A stretch of 64,000 nt of DNA, taken from positions 1 to 64,000 of the forward strand of contig JBLNCY010000046.1 of the NCBI GenBank assembly GCA_050261115.1, given 5' to 3'. A program made the position numbers and the translations under genes. A model generated the notes under the pieces. It was not told the DNA's origin. It made no database searches and was given only the letters and a program-made list of their open reading frames with translations. The stretch is from Methanocella sp. (GTDB lineage: Archaea > Thermoproteota > Bathyarchaeia > Bathyarchaeales > Bathycorpusculaceae). This document shows, piece by piece, positions 8,067-18,647 of the stretch (position 1 is its first letter; every line of letters begins with the position of its first letter).

Positions 8067-10529
8067 TTATGGCCGTTTTCTCAGAGATAGAACGATCACT
8101 GCACCGACTACAAGGATGACAATGATGATAGCAATGGACATTGGCAGGAAGTATAGGTCAGCTATGGAAGGCGACTGTGTTGGCTGAGGTGTGGGGGTTA
8201 CTGGTGACGGGTCAACTACGAATGCCGCTTCAGCGTGTGATCCATAGAACGCTTTAGAGCCATCAAATGTAGCGATAACAGTGTATTTTCCTTCTATATC
8301 GGGTTGCCATGCATAGCTGAAAAAGCCATCTGCATCGCTTGTAGTATTACCAATAGTTCTGTAGTTGCCGTTAGCATCAATCACGCTTAAGGTGACTGGA
8401 ACCCCGATGATGTCGGTAGGACGTTCGGATTGTAGGTATACATACTCCATCCACTGGCTCATGTTTTGGTCGGATACCGCTGGAACACCGTTTGGAAAAC
8501 GAGCGGTTCTAGCATATTCTGTAGTGCCTGGCGAAATGTCAGTTACTGTGCCACTGATAAGCACGGACGAGCCCAAAGCCACCCCAGTATTGGGTGCTGT
8601 AACAGTTATTGCGCTTGGGCCCTTGCCTAAGGCGTATATTTGCATGTCAAACGTATTTAGCATTGCAATTATACTGTCGCCAATGACAGGAGAATTACCC
8701 CAGTGACTACCTCTAAGGTTAACCTCAAAAATCTCTTCACCAGTCTCAAGGTCAAGACAGTAGAACTGGTTGCCGCGGGGCTTAGGATTATTGCCTGAGT
8801 GTTCTGTGGTGTGCAGATAAAGTTTCCCATCCGTAACAAAACCCATGTAGAGAGGCCAAGCGCTGCTCCATAAGATCTCGTTATATGGGTCTTCAGCTGT
8901 AAAAGTCCAAACTATTTTACCGGTTTTGACATCGTATGCATATACTGTGCCGCTGTAGCCAACAGTTAAGAGTTTTCCTAATACTATTGCATCACGACTG
9001 CTTGCATAAATATTTAGGTATGGCTCAGGTTCAGTTGGGCCCCATATAAGCTGTCCAGTCTCAGTGCTAAATCCCCACCATTGACGTGTTTCTTTCATCC
9101 ATACTACAAAAACACCGTCCTCCAAACTGATCCTTCTGAAAGACAGTGTAGTATTGCTATCGGTCCAACTGGGTGGTGCATTCCAAGTTTTATTGTATAG
9201 TAAGGTTCCTTCTTGCTCTTCCTTTAAGCTTAACGCCCATGTTATTACTTCTTGGTTTGTAACACTTACGCCTACTACTTTGTCATCTAACGCAAACGCC
9301 TGTGCGCTTCCTGGCAAGCCTTTAGGTATCGTAACATTAAAGTCATAGCCTCTTGTACCGTTGATTATTCTTCCAGTTACTTGGCTACCCCAGCTGCCAT
9401 CATTTGAGTTACCAGCTAGTTGTGGATTTCCTGCTCTACTTGAATTCCATCGAGTCATCCAACCATTCGCAGTGTTTAGAGTGTAAATATAGATCTCACC
9501 TTTTGGTCCATCAACGCGTGTACCTGAGGGAACGTCAGTTACTGTATACTCCCAGCGACCTGTAGTAGGATTAAATGCAGTCCATGTACTACCAGACGTA
9601 GTCCATAAGTAATCGAAAACACCCATGTAGTTAAATGACTCCCAATAGAATACTTGTCCAAAAGCTAGCCGTGAATTATTCCAGTTTCTAACCCATAGTT
9701 CTTCGCCAGTATGTAGATCCACCGCAACCACTTCTTGGTCTATTCTATTTCCACCGTTTGCATTGTATCTATTATAATACAGTTTTCCGCCCAAAATTAC
9801 AGAGTTTGCGAAGTATCCTTCGTATGCATCGCCATCTTCATACGCGTGTTCGCCAACTGGTTCTCCAGTTACACCACCGGATTTTAGCTCCTTGCTCCAA
9901 AGGATGTGCCCAGTTTCTGGCCCATCGTTTCCAGGAACATATGTAGCGTCATAACGATTTTCCCAGCCTAACCAGTTACCTGCAATTGCTGACCATTCTC
10001 TATATTGACCATCTATCGGCCGAGTCCAGTATTCAGTCGGGAGTGCAGTGGCTGGATATTGGGGTACAGCGTTCTCTTGTACAACTAAGGTTAATTTTTC
10101 GCTATCGCTTGCTTGCATAACAGTACCGATGGGGATGCCTGGCGAAGTCTTGGTTGCGGTTATTGTTTGCTCAGGAAAATGAGTCTGGATAGTATAATTG
10201 CCAACCATGGTTGGTATAAATACTCTACCTGTTCCGCCAGTTGAGTCAGTTCTTATATTACTAATGGTTTCAGTAGTTCCGTCAGGTTTTTCGATTGTGA
10301 CACTTAAACCATCCCAACCCATTGATACAAGTGACAGCTGCTGTGTTATACCAATGTGAAGCAAAGTTTCTTGGCCAACACCTACCGGATTAGGCATAGC
10401 TCCAATGTAAGCATAAGACTTCATTGTAGATTGCGCTGATGTGTTTGAGGGTAAAAACGCAAAAGCTGAAAGCGTCATCGATAATACGAGAAGAAAGCAA
10501 AGCGTTATTTTAAAAAAATTTCTTTTCAA
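8067..10529 (-). CDS. secreted, membrane-anchored PQQ-like beta-propeller protein (paralogue 1)
   Basis: Signal peptide, Ig-like domain, repeated A(V/Y)D..TG...W blades, C-terminal Ig-like domain, PT linker, TM and basic tail. Confidence 0.88.
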   Translation of the reverse strand: MKRNFFKITLCFLLVLSMTLSAFAFLPSNTSAQSTMKSYAYIGAMPNPVGVGQETLLHIGITQQLSLVSMGWDGLSVTIEKPDGTTETISNIRTDSTGGTGRVFIPTMVGNYTIQTHFPEQTITATKTSPGIPIGTVMQASDSEKLTLVVQENAVPQYPATALPTEYWTRPIDGQYREWSAIAGNWLGWENRYDATYVPGNDGPETGHILWSKELKSGGVTGEPVGEHAYEDGDAYEGYFANSVILGGKLYYNRYNANGGNRIDQEVVAVDLHTGEELWVRNWNNSRLAFGQVFYWESFNYMGVFDYLWTTSGSTWTAFNPTTGRWEYTVTDVPSGTRVDGPKGEIYIYTLNTANGWMTRWNSSRAGNPQLAGNSNDGSWGSQVTGRIINGTRGYDFNVTIPKGLPGSAQAFALDDKVVGVSVTNQEVITWALSLKEEQEGTLLYNKTWNAPPSWTDSNTTLSFRRISLEDGVFVVWMKETRQWWGFSTETGQLIWGPTEPEPYLNIYASSRDAIVLGKLLTVGYSGTVYAYDVKTGKIVWTFTAEDPYNEILWSSAWPLYMGFVTDGKLYLHTTEHSGNNPKPRGNQFYCLDLETGEEIFEVNLRGSHWGNSPVIGDSIIAMLNTFDMQIYALGKGPSAITVTAPNTGVALGSSVLISGTVTDISPGTTEYARTARFPNGVPAVSDQNMSQWMEYVYLQSERPTDIIGVPVTLSVIDANGNYRTIGNTTSDADGFFSYAWQPDIEGKYTVIATFDGSKAFYGSHAEAAFVVDPSPVTPTPQPTQSPSIADLYFLPMSIAIIIVILVVGAVIVLSLRKRP

Positions 10530-10588
10530 TATTTTACCTCCTTTATTATTAAAAAGTAAAATTGTACTGTTTTACTATTTAACGACTA

Positions 10589-10609
10589 TTTACTGAAGCC
10601 ATCAGTAAA
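10589..10609. promoter_or_regulatory. palindromic operator TTTACTGA-N5-TCAGTAAA between propeller gene 1 and the divergent TrmB gene
   Basis: Perfect 8-bp inverted repeat just upstream of the minus-strand TATA-like TTAAATA. Confidence 0.65.
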
Positions 10610-10703
10610 CCCTACAAAAAACTCAACGTGTGACTATTTGTAACACGACTATTAGGAAAGTCATTTATACACTTAGCGAGAGAAGGAGAATAGAGCGATT
10701 GTA

Positions 10704-11600
10704 TTGCAGACAGACACCATCGATTGTCTGAGGGCATACGGATTAACACTTAACCAAGCAAAAATCTATGTTGCCATGATACAAAACAAAGCAGATACCG
10801 TCAAAAAAATTTCTGACGCATCCGGCTTAGCTTTAGAGAGCATTTACCGATCCATACCCTCCCTTGAACAGCTACAACTTGTCGAACGAGAATTCACGAC
10901 ACCTTCGAAATATAAGGCATTGGAGCCAACTCAAGCTTTCAAATTATTGAAAGAGAGAGATAACCAAAGAAGAAGTGAACTGTACAAAAAAACAGATTCT
11001 CTGCTAGAAAAATTTGCCGCTAATAGACCAACTAACCAGTTCAACGGGGATAGTGACACTGTATTGATAACAGGCTACGATGCTTTCACTAGAAAATTAG
11101 GGGTTGCTTTGCAAGAAATGCGCCACACTTTTTACGGTATTACAGATGCAAATAATTTTCGACTCGGAATCACAAATAATGGAGACTTTTATGAGAGAGC
11201 CCTAAAAAGAGGCGTGAAGTGTTATCATGTTATCGAGTTAGCAAATAACCTTGATTCACTGCTTCTTGGAGATAGTCACTTAATTAAAACTCAATCTTGG
11301 CAACGGAAATTTGTCAAAGGAAACTCTGAAGAGTTTGCGATTATAGACGGGAAACACCTTTTCATGTCGCTTACTGTTCCTCAAGGTGGGAAAAAACATA
11401 GGGCAATCCATACAACAAACCCTTGCTTATTGGCCATGGCTATGAATAATTTTGACACATTTTGGATGAATGCAAAAGAAACTCCCGAATTAGCAATGAA
11501 TTCAGAAAACCCCAAGCCACACATATTAGAGGATAACGTTATAGATGCCCAAGTAGCACAAAATTGGTCTAAAACTCGTCAAGCTACATATGCCAAATAA
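10704..11600 (+). CDS. TrmB-family transcriptional regulator
   Basis: N-terminal HTH (GLTLNQAKIY...IYRSIPSL...LVE...PSKYKA), coiled coil, PLD-like effector domain (FAIIDGK; NFDTFW). Confidence 0.9.
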   Translation: MQTDTIDCLRAYGLTLNQAKIYVAMIQNKADTVKKISDASGLALESIYRSIPSLEQLQLVEREFTTPSKYKALEPTQAFKLLKERDNQRRSELYKKTDSLLEKFAANRPTNQFNGDSDTVLITGYDAFTRKLGVALQEMRHTFYGITDANNFRLGITNNGDFYERALKRGVKCYHVIELANNLDSLLLGDSHLIKTQSWQRKFVKGNSEEFAIIDGKHLFMSLTVPQGGKKHRAIHTTNPCLLAMAMNNFDTFWMNAKETPELAMNSENPKPHILEDNVIDAQVAQNWSKTRQATYAK

Positions 11601-11684
11601 TGACTCAAAAACTTACTACATTTCCCTCAAACATCTAAGCCAAATCTTAGTCATATAGAATAACAATGTAGCCATAGGGCCAAG

Positions 11685-11993
11685 TTATCCATTAAACGTC
11701 CCTATTCTGTCTGGTTTGTAGATCACTATAGTGCCGTTCTCTTCTTTCCATACAAGCCCATGTCTTGTAGCAATAGCTTGCAATTCTAGCTTATCAACGC
11801 TACTTAGGTAAGATTTGATATGAAGTTGATAACCATCAACGCCATTGTCTTTAAGGGGCAACGTTAGAGACACGGAAGCTATGTTGAGCCTACAAGCGCT
11901 TATTACTTCTTTGAATAGTTTAACTGCCTCGTCTCTGTTCAACGTATCACTAATATCAGCATGTGAACGCTTATTGTATATATAATTATTCAA
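11685..11993 (-). CDS. small hypothetical protein
   Basis: ~100-aa globular-looking ORF ending IVIYKP; the true start is probably further downstream. Confidence 0.6.
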   Translation of the reverse strand: MNNYIYNKRSHADISDTLNRDEAVKLFKEVISACRLNIASVSLTLPLKDNGVDGYQLHIKSYLSSVDKLELQAIATRHGLVWKEENGTIVIYKPDRIGTFNG

Positions 11994-12082
11994 AAATTGA
12001 ATATAGCGTGCTGCTTTTCAAGTGCTCGATTGATATTTGCCACCGCATAAGGTTAGAATAGCTCCTGCCTAACACGTGCTGC

Positions 12083-12099
12083 TGGTGGGTAACCCACCA
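12083..12099. promoter_or_regulatory. palindromic operator TGGTGGGT-A-ACCCACCA upstream of propeller gene 2
   Basis: Perfect inverted repeat 8 nt upstream of the TATA-like TTTATTTA. Confidence 0.65.
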
Positions 12100-12159
12100 A
12101 CGAGTTCTTTTATTTAGACTTTAAGAACAGGACTTTATATAAAAGGTGAAAGTAAAAAT

Positions 12160-14664
12160 TTGAAAAACAAAAAAATACAGATTTGTATAGCAACCATTTT
12201 GATTTTAGCCATCGCTATACCGCTATCGCTGCCAGTAGCAAACTCGGCACCCATACATCATAAAGCAACCCATGCATACATCGGAGCAACACCAAACCCC
12301 ATCGGCGTCGGCCAAGAGACCCTAATCCACTTCGGCATAACCGACGAATTAGAACTCGTACAATACGGCTGGAAAGGCTTAACCGTAACAGTCACCAAAC
12401 CAGACAACTCCACCACAACGCTTGGCCCCTTTGACACAGACTCAACAGGCGGCTCAGGCACAGTATTCATACCCGACCAAGTAGGCACTTACTACTTCCA
12501 AACCCACTTCCCCGCCCAATGGTTCAACTGGACCAGCAGCGGCGGAGCAGACATCTACTATGAAGCAAGCACAAGCGAAAAACTCGAATTAATCGTAACC
12601 GAAGAAAAACCCACCCAATTCTACCCCTCAGTACCACTACCATCTGAGTACTGGACAAGACCAATCGACAGCCAATTCAGAGACTGGTACACCGTCGCAG
12701 GCAACTGGCTCCAGCCAACCCGCAACCAAGGCCCATTTGTACCCTTCGAAGAAAATGCACCTGACACAGCACACATCCTCTGGTCTAAACCATTAACACT
12801 TGGCGGATTAGTCGGAGGAGTGCATGGCACAGAAGGCTTCGAAAACGGAGATGCATATGAAGGTCTCTGGGGTTACGGTTCACCAGTAATCATGGGCGGA
12901 ATCGTCTACTACAACAACGACAAAGACTCCGGAACACGCAACACCACCCACACCGTATCAGCAGTTGACCAACGCACAGGCAAAGCAATCTGGGTTAAAG
13001 AACTAATCAGCCCCATAGACAACACCAGCAGACCACTCGCATTCGGGCAGGTACTCACATTCAACAGTTACAACTATCAAGGCGCCTTCAGCTACCTCTG
13101 GACAACCAGCGGCAACAGGTGGGACGCATTTGACCCATTCACAGGAGAATGGGAATACGGCATGACTAACGTACCCTCAGGTACCCAAATAGTAGGACCA
13201 AACGGCGAAATACTCATCTACACCCTAAACTCAAACGGCTGGATGACACTGTGGAACTCAACAAGAGTTGTTAGCCTCGGAGGAAGCTTCCTACGCAACG
13301 GACAAGGCACAACTTATAACTGCGTATGGAACGCCCCACGCAACGGCGGATACGAATGGAACGTAACCGTACCTAAAGACTTACCCGGCAGCATAAACGT
13401 AGCATACTTCGATAACATGGTAGTCGGCTCAGATCTCCAAGCAAGAACAGCTACCGCAAACATCCTTGGCTTAACAGGCAGTCCATGGACATTCTGGGCA
13501 ATCAACGTAAAGAAAGACCAAGCAGGACAATTAATGTACAACAAATCATGGCAACCACCAGCAGGCAACTTGTCCTTCACATTCGAAGAAGCAAGCCTAA
13601 CAGACAACATATTTACTGTATGGAGCAAGGAGCTACGCGGACGCTTTGGATTCAACCTCAACACTGGCACACAAATGTGGGGGCCAACAGAGCCTGAACA
13701 CTATCTACAGACATTCGGGCTACAAAGCAGCATCGCTTACGGTAAACTCTTCTCCACAGGCTACGGCGGAACTCTGTATGCATACGACATAACCGACGGC
13801 AAACGCTTATGGGAGCTACCAATCGTTGAACCTTATGGCGGCTCCGAAGTCCTCTGGAGCAACAATTGGCCAATGTCACTGATGTTTATAGCCGACGACA
13901 AAGTCTACATGGCGCAATCCGAACACTCAGCCAACCAACCCTTACCAAGAGACGGCCCGTTCATGGCAGTTAACGCCACCGACGGCTCGGTAGTATTCCG
14001 AATCGACGGCGCATTCAGACAACCCAGATGGGCGGGACAAGCAGGCATAGCAGATGGCATCATAACCCTATTCAACACATATGATAACCAAGTCTACTCA
14101 ATCGGCAAGGGCCCAAGCAAAACCACATTGACGGCATCACCGAAAGTCACAACATTCAGCCAAAGCATCCTACTCGAAGGCACAGTAACCGACATATCAG
14201 CCGGCACCCAAAGCGACAACATAGCGCCACGATTCCCCAACGGCGTTGCAGCAGTCTCAGACGAAAGCATGAACGACTACATGAAATACGTCTACATGCA
14301 GTTCCCCGCACCCACAAACACCACAGGCGTAACCGTTACCCTCAGCGTACTAGATGCCAATGGAAACTATCAGACAATCGGAACAACAACCACCGATGCT
14401 AAAGGAGCATTCAAATTCTTATGGACTCCAGAAATCCCCGGAACAGCAACAGTATATGCATCATTTAGCGGCACTAATTCCTACTGGCCATCAAGTGCAC
14501 AAACAGCAGTCGGCGTAACTGAACAAGAAGCAACGCCAACACCCTCTACGCAGCAGCCATTGATGGTTGAAACATACTTCGTTCCAGCCGTCGCCAGCAT
14601 AATTGTTGCTATCTTTATCGTCGGCGCAGTCCTAGCACTGCTAATGATTAAGAAAAGAGCATAG
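12160..14664 (+). CDS. secreted, membrane-anchored PQQ-like beta-propeller protein (paralogue 2)
   Basis: Same architecture and motifs as 8067-10529 (EYWTRPID, GDAYEG, EHS, GKGPS, RFPNG). Confidence 0.88.
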   Translation: MKNKKIQICIATILILAIAIPLSLPVANSAPIHHKATHAYIGATPNPIGVGQETLIHFGITDELELVQYGWKGLTVTVTKPDNSTTTLGPFDTDSTGGSGTVFIPDQVGTYYFQTHFPAQWFNWTSSGGADIYYEASTSEKLELIVTEEKPTQFYPSVPLPSEYWTRPIDSQFRDWYTVAGNWLQPTRNQGPFVPFEENAPDTAHILWSKPLTLGGLVGGVHGTEGFENGDAYEGLWGYGSPVIMGGIVYYNNDKDSGTRNTTHTVSAVDQRTGKAIWVKELISPIDNTSRPLAFGQVLTFNSYNYQGAFSYLWTTSGNRWDAFDPFTGEWEYGMTNVPSGTQIVGPNGEILIYTLNSNGWMTLWNSTRVVSLGGSFLRNGQGTTYNCVWNAPRNGGYEWNVTVPKDLPGSINVAYFDNMVVGSDLQARTATANILGLTGSPWTFWAINVKKDQAGQLMYNKSWQPPAGNLSFTFEEASLTDNIFTVWSKELRGRFGFNLNTGTQMWGPTEPEHYLQTFGLQSSIAYGKLFSTGYGGTLYAYDITDGKRLWELPIVEPYGGSEVLWSNNWPMSLMFIADDKVYMAQSEHSANQPLPRDGPFMAVNATDGSVVFRIDGAFRQPRWAGQAGIADGIITLFNTYDNQVYSIGKGPSKTTLTASPKVTTFSQSILLEGTVTDISAGTQSDNIAPRFPNGVAAVSDESMNDYMKYVYMQFPAPTNTTGVTVTLSVLDANGNYQTIGTTTTDAKGAFKFLWTPEIPGTATVYASFSGTNSYWPSSAQTAVGVTEQEATPTPSTQQPLMVETYFVPAVASIIVAIFIVGAVLALLMIKKRA

Positions 14665-14881
14665 ACAATAAAACGTCTATCTTTCTTCCTTTTTTTGTAA
14701 AAGAACCAAGTTGGGGCTGAGAGGGCACTGGAACTAAAATACGGTGGTTGCAAGACATCGTATGACATAACTCAAACTTTTCGTTACCCAGACCCCAGCA
14801 AACCCACCATAACCGCCAAACACCCCAAAATACAAGAATACTTTTAAATCCAGCACCAAGCCCAATGCATAAAGAGCACAA

Positions 14882-15871
14882 ATGCCCAGCGCCATCCAAA
14901 CCCACAACCTCACAAAACAGTATGGCAACTTCAAAGCAGTAGACAACCTAAACATCTCAGTGGAAAGCGGCGAAATCTTTGGCCTCCTTGGCCCCAATGG
15001 TGCGGGCAAAACTACGACCGTCTCGATGTTATGCACGATTCTAAAACCCACTTCGGGAACAGCCACAATAAACGGCTATGACCTAATTAAAGAACCACAT
15101 AAAGTCAGGCAATCAATCGGCATTGTCTTTCAAGATCCATCCATCGATGACCGCCTTTCCGCCCGCGAAAACCTCATCATGCACGCCAACCTCTATGGCG
15201 TTCCAGCCTCAGAGCAACGCGAACGCGTAAATCGCATCCTAAAACTCGTCGAACTCGAAGATCGAGCCGACGATTTACTGCGCACTTACTCTGGTGGAAT
15301 GAGGCGCCGCCTAGAACTTGGACGGGGCTTAATTCATTACCCCAAGGTGCTCTTCTTAGATGAACCCACCGTGGGATTAGATCCCCAGACGCGCGACCAT
15401 ATCTGGAAATATATTAGAGAACTCAAAGAAGTCCATGATACGACCGTCGTCTTAACGACGCATTATATGGATGAAGCTGATAGGCTCTCGGATCGCATCG
15501 CAATAATGGACCACGGAAAAATCGTAGTCCTAGACACGCCTCAGAAACTCAAAGAAACCCTCGAAGGCGACCTAGTCACGGTGCGGGCAAATAATCTTGA
15601 AAAGCTATCGCATCTGGTCGCCAAATGGTTGGGCCTCAACAAGACCCGCGTATGTGAAGACGCCTTAGAAATAACCGTGCAAAACGGCAAGGCAGCCATG
15701 CCCCGCATCATGGAGATTGCGACTCAAAACAACATTTATGTGGAGTCACTGCTTTCGCGTGAGCCAAACTTGGAAGATGTTTTTCTGCACTATACGGGTC
15801 GCTCGATCCGTGAAGATTCAACGAGAGAACTGTATGGGTTATCGGCGATTCAAAGGAGAGCGATAAGATGA
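14882..15871 (+). CDS. ABC-2 exporter ATP-binding subunit (DrrA-like)
   Basis: GPNGAGKTT, YSGGMRRR, LFLDEPT, TTHY. Confidence 0.95.
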   Translation: MPSAIQTHNLTKQYGNFKAVDNLNISVESGEIFGLLGPNGAGKTTTVSMLCTILKPTSGTATINGYDLIKEPHKVRQSIGIVFQDPSIDDRLSARENLIMHANLYGVPASEQRERVNRILKLVELEDRADDLLRTYSGGMRRRLELGRGLIHYPKVLFLDEPTVGLDPQTRDHIWKYIRELKEVHDTTVVLTTHYMDEADRLSDRIAIMDHGKIVVLDTPQKLKETLEGDLVTVRANNLEKLSHLVAKWLGLNKTRVCEDALEITVQNGKAAMPRIMEIATQNNIYVESLLSREPNLEDVFLHYTGRSIREDSTRELYGLSAIQRRAIR

Positions 15872-16629
15872 CAGAGATGAGAGCGCTCTATACGCTTTGG
15901 CTGCGGGAACTGAAGCGGTTTATCCGTGACCGGGTGCGGGTTGTGATTAGTTTTGTTCAGCCGCTGCTTTGGCTGGTGGTCTTTGCTGCGGGTTTCGGTG
16001 CACGAATAGCCATCCCAGGTATTGATTATCAGCAGTACTTGTTCCCAGGCATAATCGGGCAAACGCTGCTATTCACATCCATGTTTATGGGCATCAGCGT
16101 TATATGGGACAAAGAATTCGGATTCATGAAAGAAATCCTAGTAGCGCCCGTGTCACGCTTCACAATTTTCCTGGGCAAAATGTTTGGGGACAGCACCGCC
16201 GCCATGATCCAGGGGCTTATCGTATTCGCCTTCGGGTTCCTCTTAGGCATACCTTTTGATCCCCTGACATTGTTTGCCGCGTTACCTATTATGCTGCTTA
16301 TCACCATCGGCTTAGTAAGCATAGGCTTAATCATCGCCAGCTTTATCGGCAGTCTAGAAAACTTTGGCGCCATCCAGACCTTCATCAACCTGCCCTTATT
16401 CTTCCTAAGCGGCGCCCTCTTTCCGGTTACAGGTCCCGGCGCTCCAGAATGGCTAAGTGCAGCCGCAACATTCAACCCATTAACCTACGGCGTCGACGCA
16501 TTAAGGTCGGTTATTTTGGGGTCAGCTTGGACACCGATACATCCACTCGCCACAAACATTGCGGTTGTCGCTGTCTTTGATGTGGTGATGATTGCTGTGG
16601 GTACCTGGGCATTTAGCAGAATGAAATAA
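15868..16629 (+). CDS. ABC-2 exporter permease (DrrB-like)
   Basis: 6 TM; D+EFG, FLSGALFP, NPLTYGVD motifs; ATGA overlap with the ATPase. Confidence 0.93.
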   Translation: MTEMRALYTLWLRELKRFIRDRVRVVISFVQPLLWLVVFAAGFGARIAIPGIDYQQYLFPGIIGQTLLFTSMFMGISVIWDKEFGFMKEILVAPVSRFTIFLGKMFGDSTAAMIQGLIVFAFGFLLGIPFDPLTLFAALPIMLLITIGLVSIGLIIASFIGSLENFGAIQTFINLPLFFLSGALFPVTGPGAPEWLSAAATFNPLTYGVDALRSVILGSAWTPIHPLATNIAVVAVFDVVMIAVGTWAFSRMK

Positions 16630-16639
16630 AAAAAGGCTG

Positions 16640-16924
16640 TTAGCGGTTGGTCATTTCGTTAATTTGATCTTCCATAGCATGGCCCCGGCAGTATATCACC
16701 GCTTTCTTTACCCCCGGGACGCTTTGCGCGGCTTCTCTGAGGTCTGAAGAGAGCTTAAATGCTATGGGACAAAAGGGGCTTGTGGGAACAAACTCCACCG
16801 TTACGACGCCTGGTTCAGTTTCTTTGACGCTTTGAATCATCTGCATCTCATCAAATGATTGGCCGGTTTCGGGGTCTTGTACTTTTCCTACTTCGGCGCG
16901 AACCTTATTTTCTAAGTCACTCAT
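16640..16924 (-). CDS. DUF59/SufT-like Fe-S cluster assembly protein
   Basis: V.DPE and PTSPFCP motifs. Confidence 0.88.
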   Translation of the reverse strand: MSDLENKVRAEVGKVQDPETGQSFDEMQMIQSVKETEPGVVTVEFVPTSPFCPIAFKLSSDLREAAQSVPGVKKAVIYCRGHAMEDQINEMTNR

Positions 16925-17016
16925 AAATTTCGACCCTTGACTTGATATGAAAATTAAAGAGCCAAAGGATATAAAGATTCAATCAACCAAAACATACGCA
17001 ACTAACGGTGAAAGAC

Positions 17017-17436
17017 ATGTTTGACGAAAACTGCATATTCTGCCGGATCGTATCTAAGCAGGCACCTTCAAGCATAGTCTACGAAGACGACACAGTAATG
17101 GCGTTCCTTGATATTCGACCACTACACAGCGGCCATACGCTAGTTATCCCAAAAGCGCACTATGTAGACATATTTGACACGCCAGAGGAGCTTCTGGAGG
17201 CAGTTCATGGGGTAGCTAAGCGGGTGGCTTTTGCGGTTAAGAAGGCAACCAACGCTGACGGCATCAGTATCATTCAGCAGTCAGGTGCAGCGGCTGGGCA
17301 AGACATTTTCCATATCCATGTGCATGTGGTGCCCAGGTTTTTAGGGCAGAAGTTGCCGAGTTTTCATGACTTGGTGGTTGTTGATCGCGCTGAGTTGGAT
17401 GTGATGGCTGCTAAAATTCGGGCGCATTTAGAGTAA
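17017..17436 (+). CDS. HIT family hydrolase
   Basis: CIFCRI, GHTLVIPK, HIHVHVVPR. Confidence 0.95.
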   Translation: MFDENCIFCRIVSKQAPSSIVYEDDTVMAFLDIRPLHSGHTLVIPKAHYVDIFDTPEELLEAVHGVAKRVAFAVKKATNADGISIIQQSGAAAGQDIFHIHVHVVPRFLGQKLPSFHDLVVVDRAELDVMAAKIRAHLE

Positions 17437-17494
17437 ATTACCATTACCCTACCCTTTTAGATGCTAAAGTTACTCTTGGTAGTTACCTTTAGAC

Positions 17495-18577
17495 TTAGTG
17501 CGCCACAAGCTGTTGGCAGACATGGAAGATATGGAACTCGGCGGGTTTAAGGACAGCTATGCCTATCATTATAACTAACCGGTTATTGTCGATGTCAGTC
17601 TGTGTCATGGTTGTTCGGTCGCATTTAACAAAGTATGCTTCCTGCTGTTTAGCGCCCATAAGCATTCCTGCTTGCCAAGATTGCATCAGGAAATTTTCCA
17701 CTTGACCCCTAACTTTATTCCAGGTTGCCTCATTGTTGGGTTCGAAAGCCACCCATGCAGTGCCCTCCTTAATCGATTGCTCAAGGTAAATCAATAGACG
17801 GCGCACGTTAACATATCGGTATTCAGGGTCTGCTGAGAGTGTCCTTGCACCCCACAAAAGTATACCTCTGCCAGCAAAGTAGCGGATGGAGTTGATTCCT
17901 TGTGCATTGAGACGGTCTTGCTGGGAATCGCTTATTTTTAGCTCCAAATCCGTCGCGCCAACTACAACCTGATTAGCCGGCGCCTTATGCACTCCGCGTT
18001 GAGTGTCGTTTCTGGCATATATACCTGCAATGTGACCGCCGGGTGGAATCAGTACCGGTGTTTTTGAGCCGTCGGGGTGAATGTAAATCCATGGGTAATA
18101 CATGGCAGCATAGGCTGACTCGCGGGGCTTGGTTATATTGGTGGGGGTTTGGCTTTTGAGGGAGTCGAAAATAACGAATTGATGTTGGGTGCGTTCGCAG
18201 TGGCTAATCATAGCGTCTGCGAGACCCGGTACCGCCTGTGCGTTAGGGGAATAAAGAATGGATATGTCGCTGATTGGGTCAAGCTTTGGAATCGCCCCTG
18301 AAAAGTCTCCATCGGTAACCCGGCATACATAGCATTTTGAGCCGCCGTTGCAGAAATAGCCCCAGACTGCATGGGGAAGGTATTTGTTGTCAGCAAAAAA
18401 GCCGCCGAAAACTGAAAGAAACTGGCCCCAACTGGTTACTGCGGTTGGTGTGACGGGGCCTTTCTGGGTTTCACCGATAAACGCAGCTACGCTTGTGCTT
18501 ACTCCTTGAATCGGCTTTGGCGACGCAGGTATGGCTTCAAGGTAGATGCCAGGTGTTTTGTAGGTGAAGCGACTCAT
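17495..18577 (-). CDS. contractile phage tail sheath protein (compact eCIS/Afp-like), no other tail genes nearby
   Basis: YKTPGIY.E, AFIGETQKGP, YYPW, PP.GH.AG.YAR.D..RGVHKAPAN, WGARTL, YVNVRRL, AFEPN, AYFVKCD and PAEF motifs. Confidence 0.93.
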   Translation of the reverse strand: MSRFTYKTPGIYLEAIPASPKPIQGVSTSVAAFIGETQKGPVTPTAVTSWGQFLSVFGGFFADNKYLPHAVWGYFCNGGSKCYVCRVTDGDFSGAIPKLDPISDISILYSPNAQAVPGLADAMISHCERTQHQFVIFDSLKSQTPTNITKPRESAYAAMYYPWIYIHPDGSKTPVLIPPGGHIAGIYARNDTQRGVHKAPANQVVVGATDLELKISDSQQDRLNAQGINSIRYFAGRGILLWGARTLSADPEYRYVNVRRLLIYLEQSIKEGTAWVAFEPNNEATWNKVRGQVENFLMQSWQAGMLMGAKQQEAYFVKCDRTTMTQTDIDNNRLVIMIGIAVLKPAEFHIFHVCQQLVAH

Positions 18578-18647
18578 GACCTGTATATGCATGGATTATG
18601 CTATATTGTTTTTTGGCATTGTACGCTGCAGGTTCTCTGCTTGCTAG

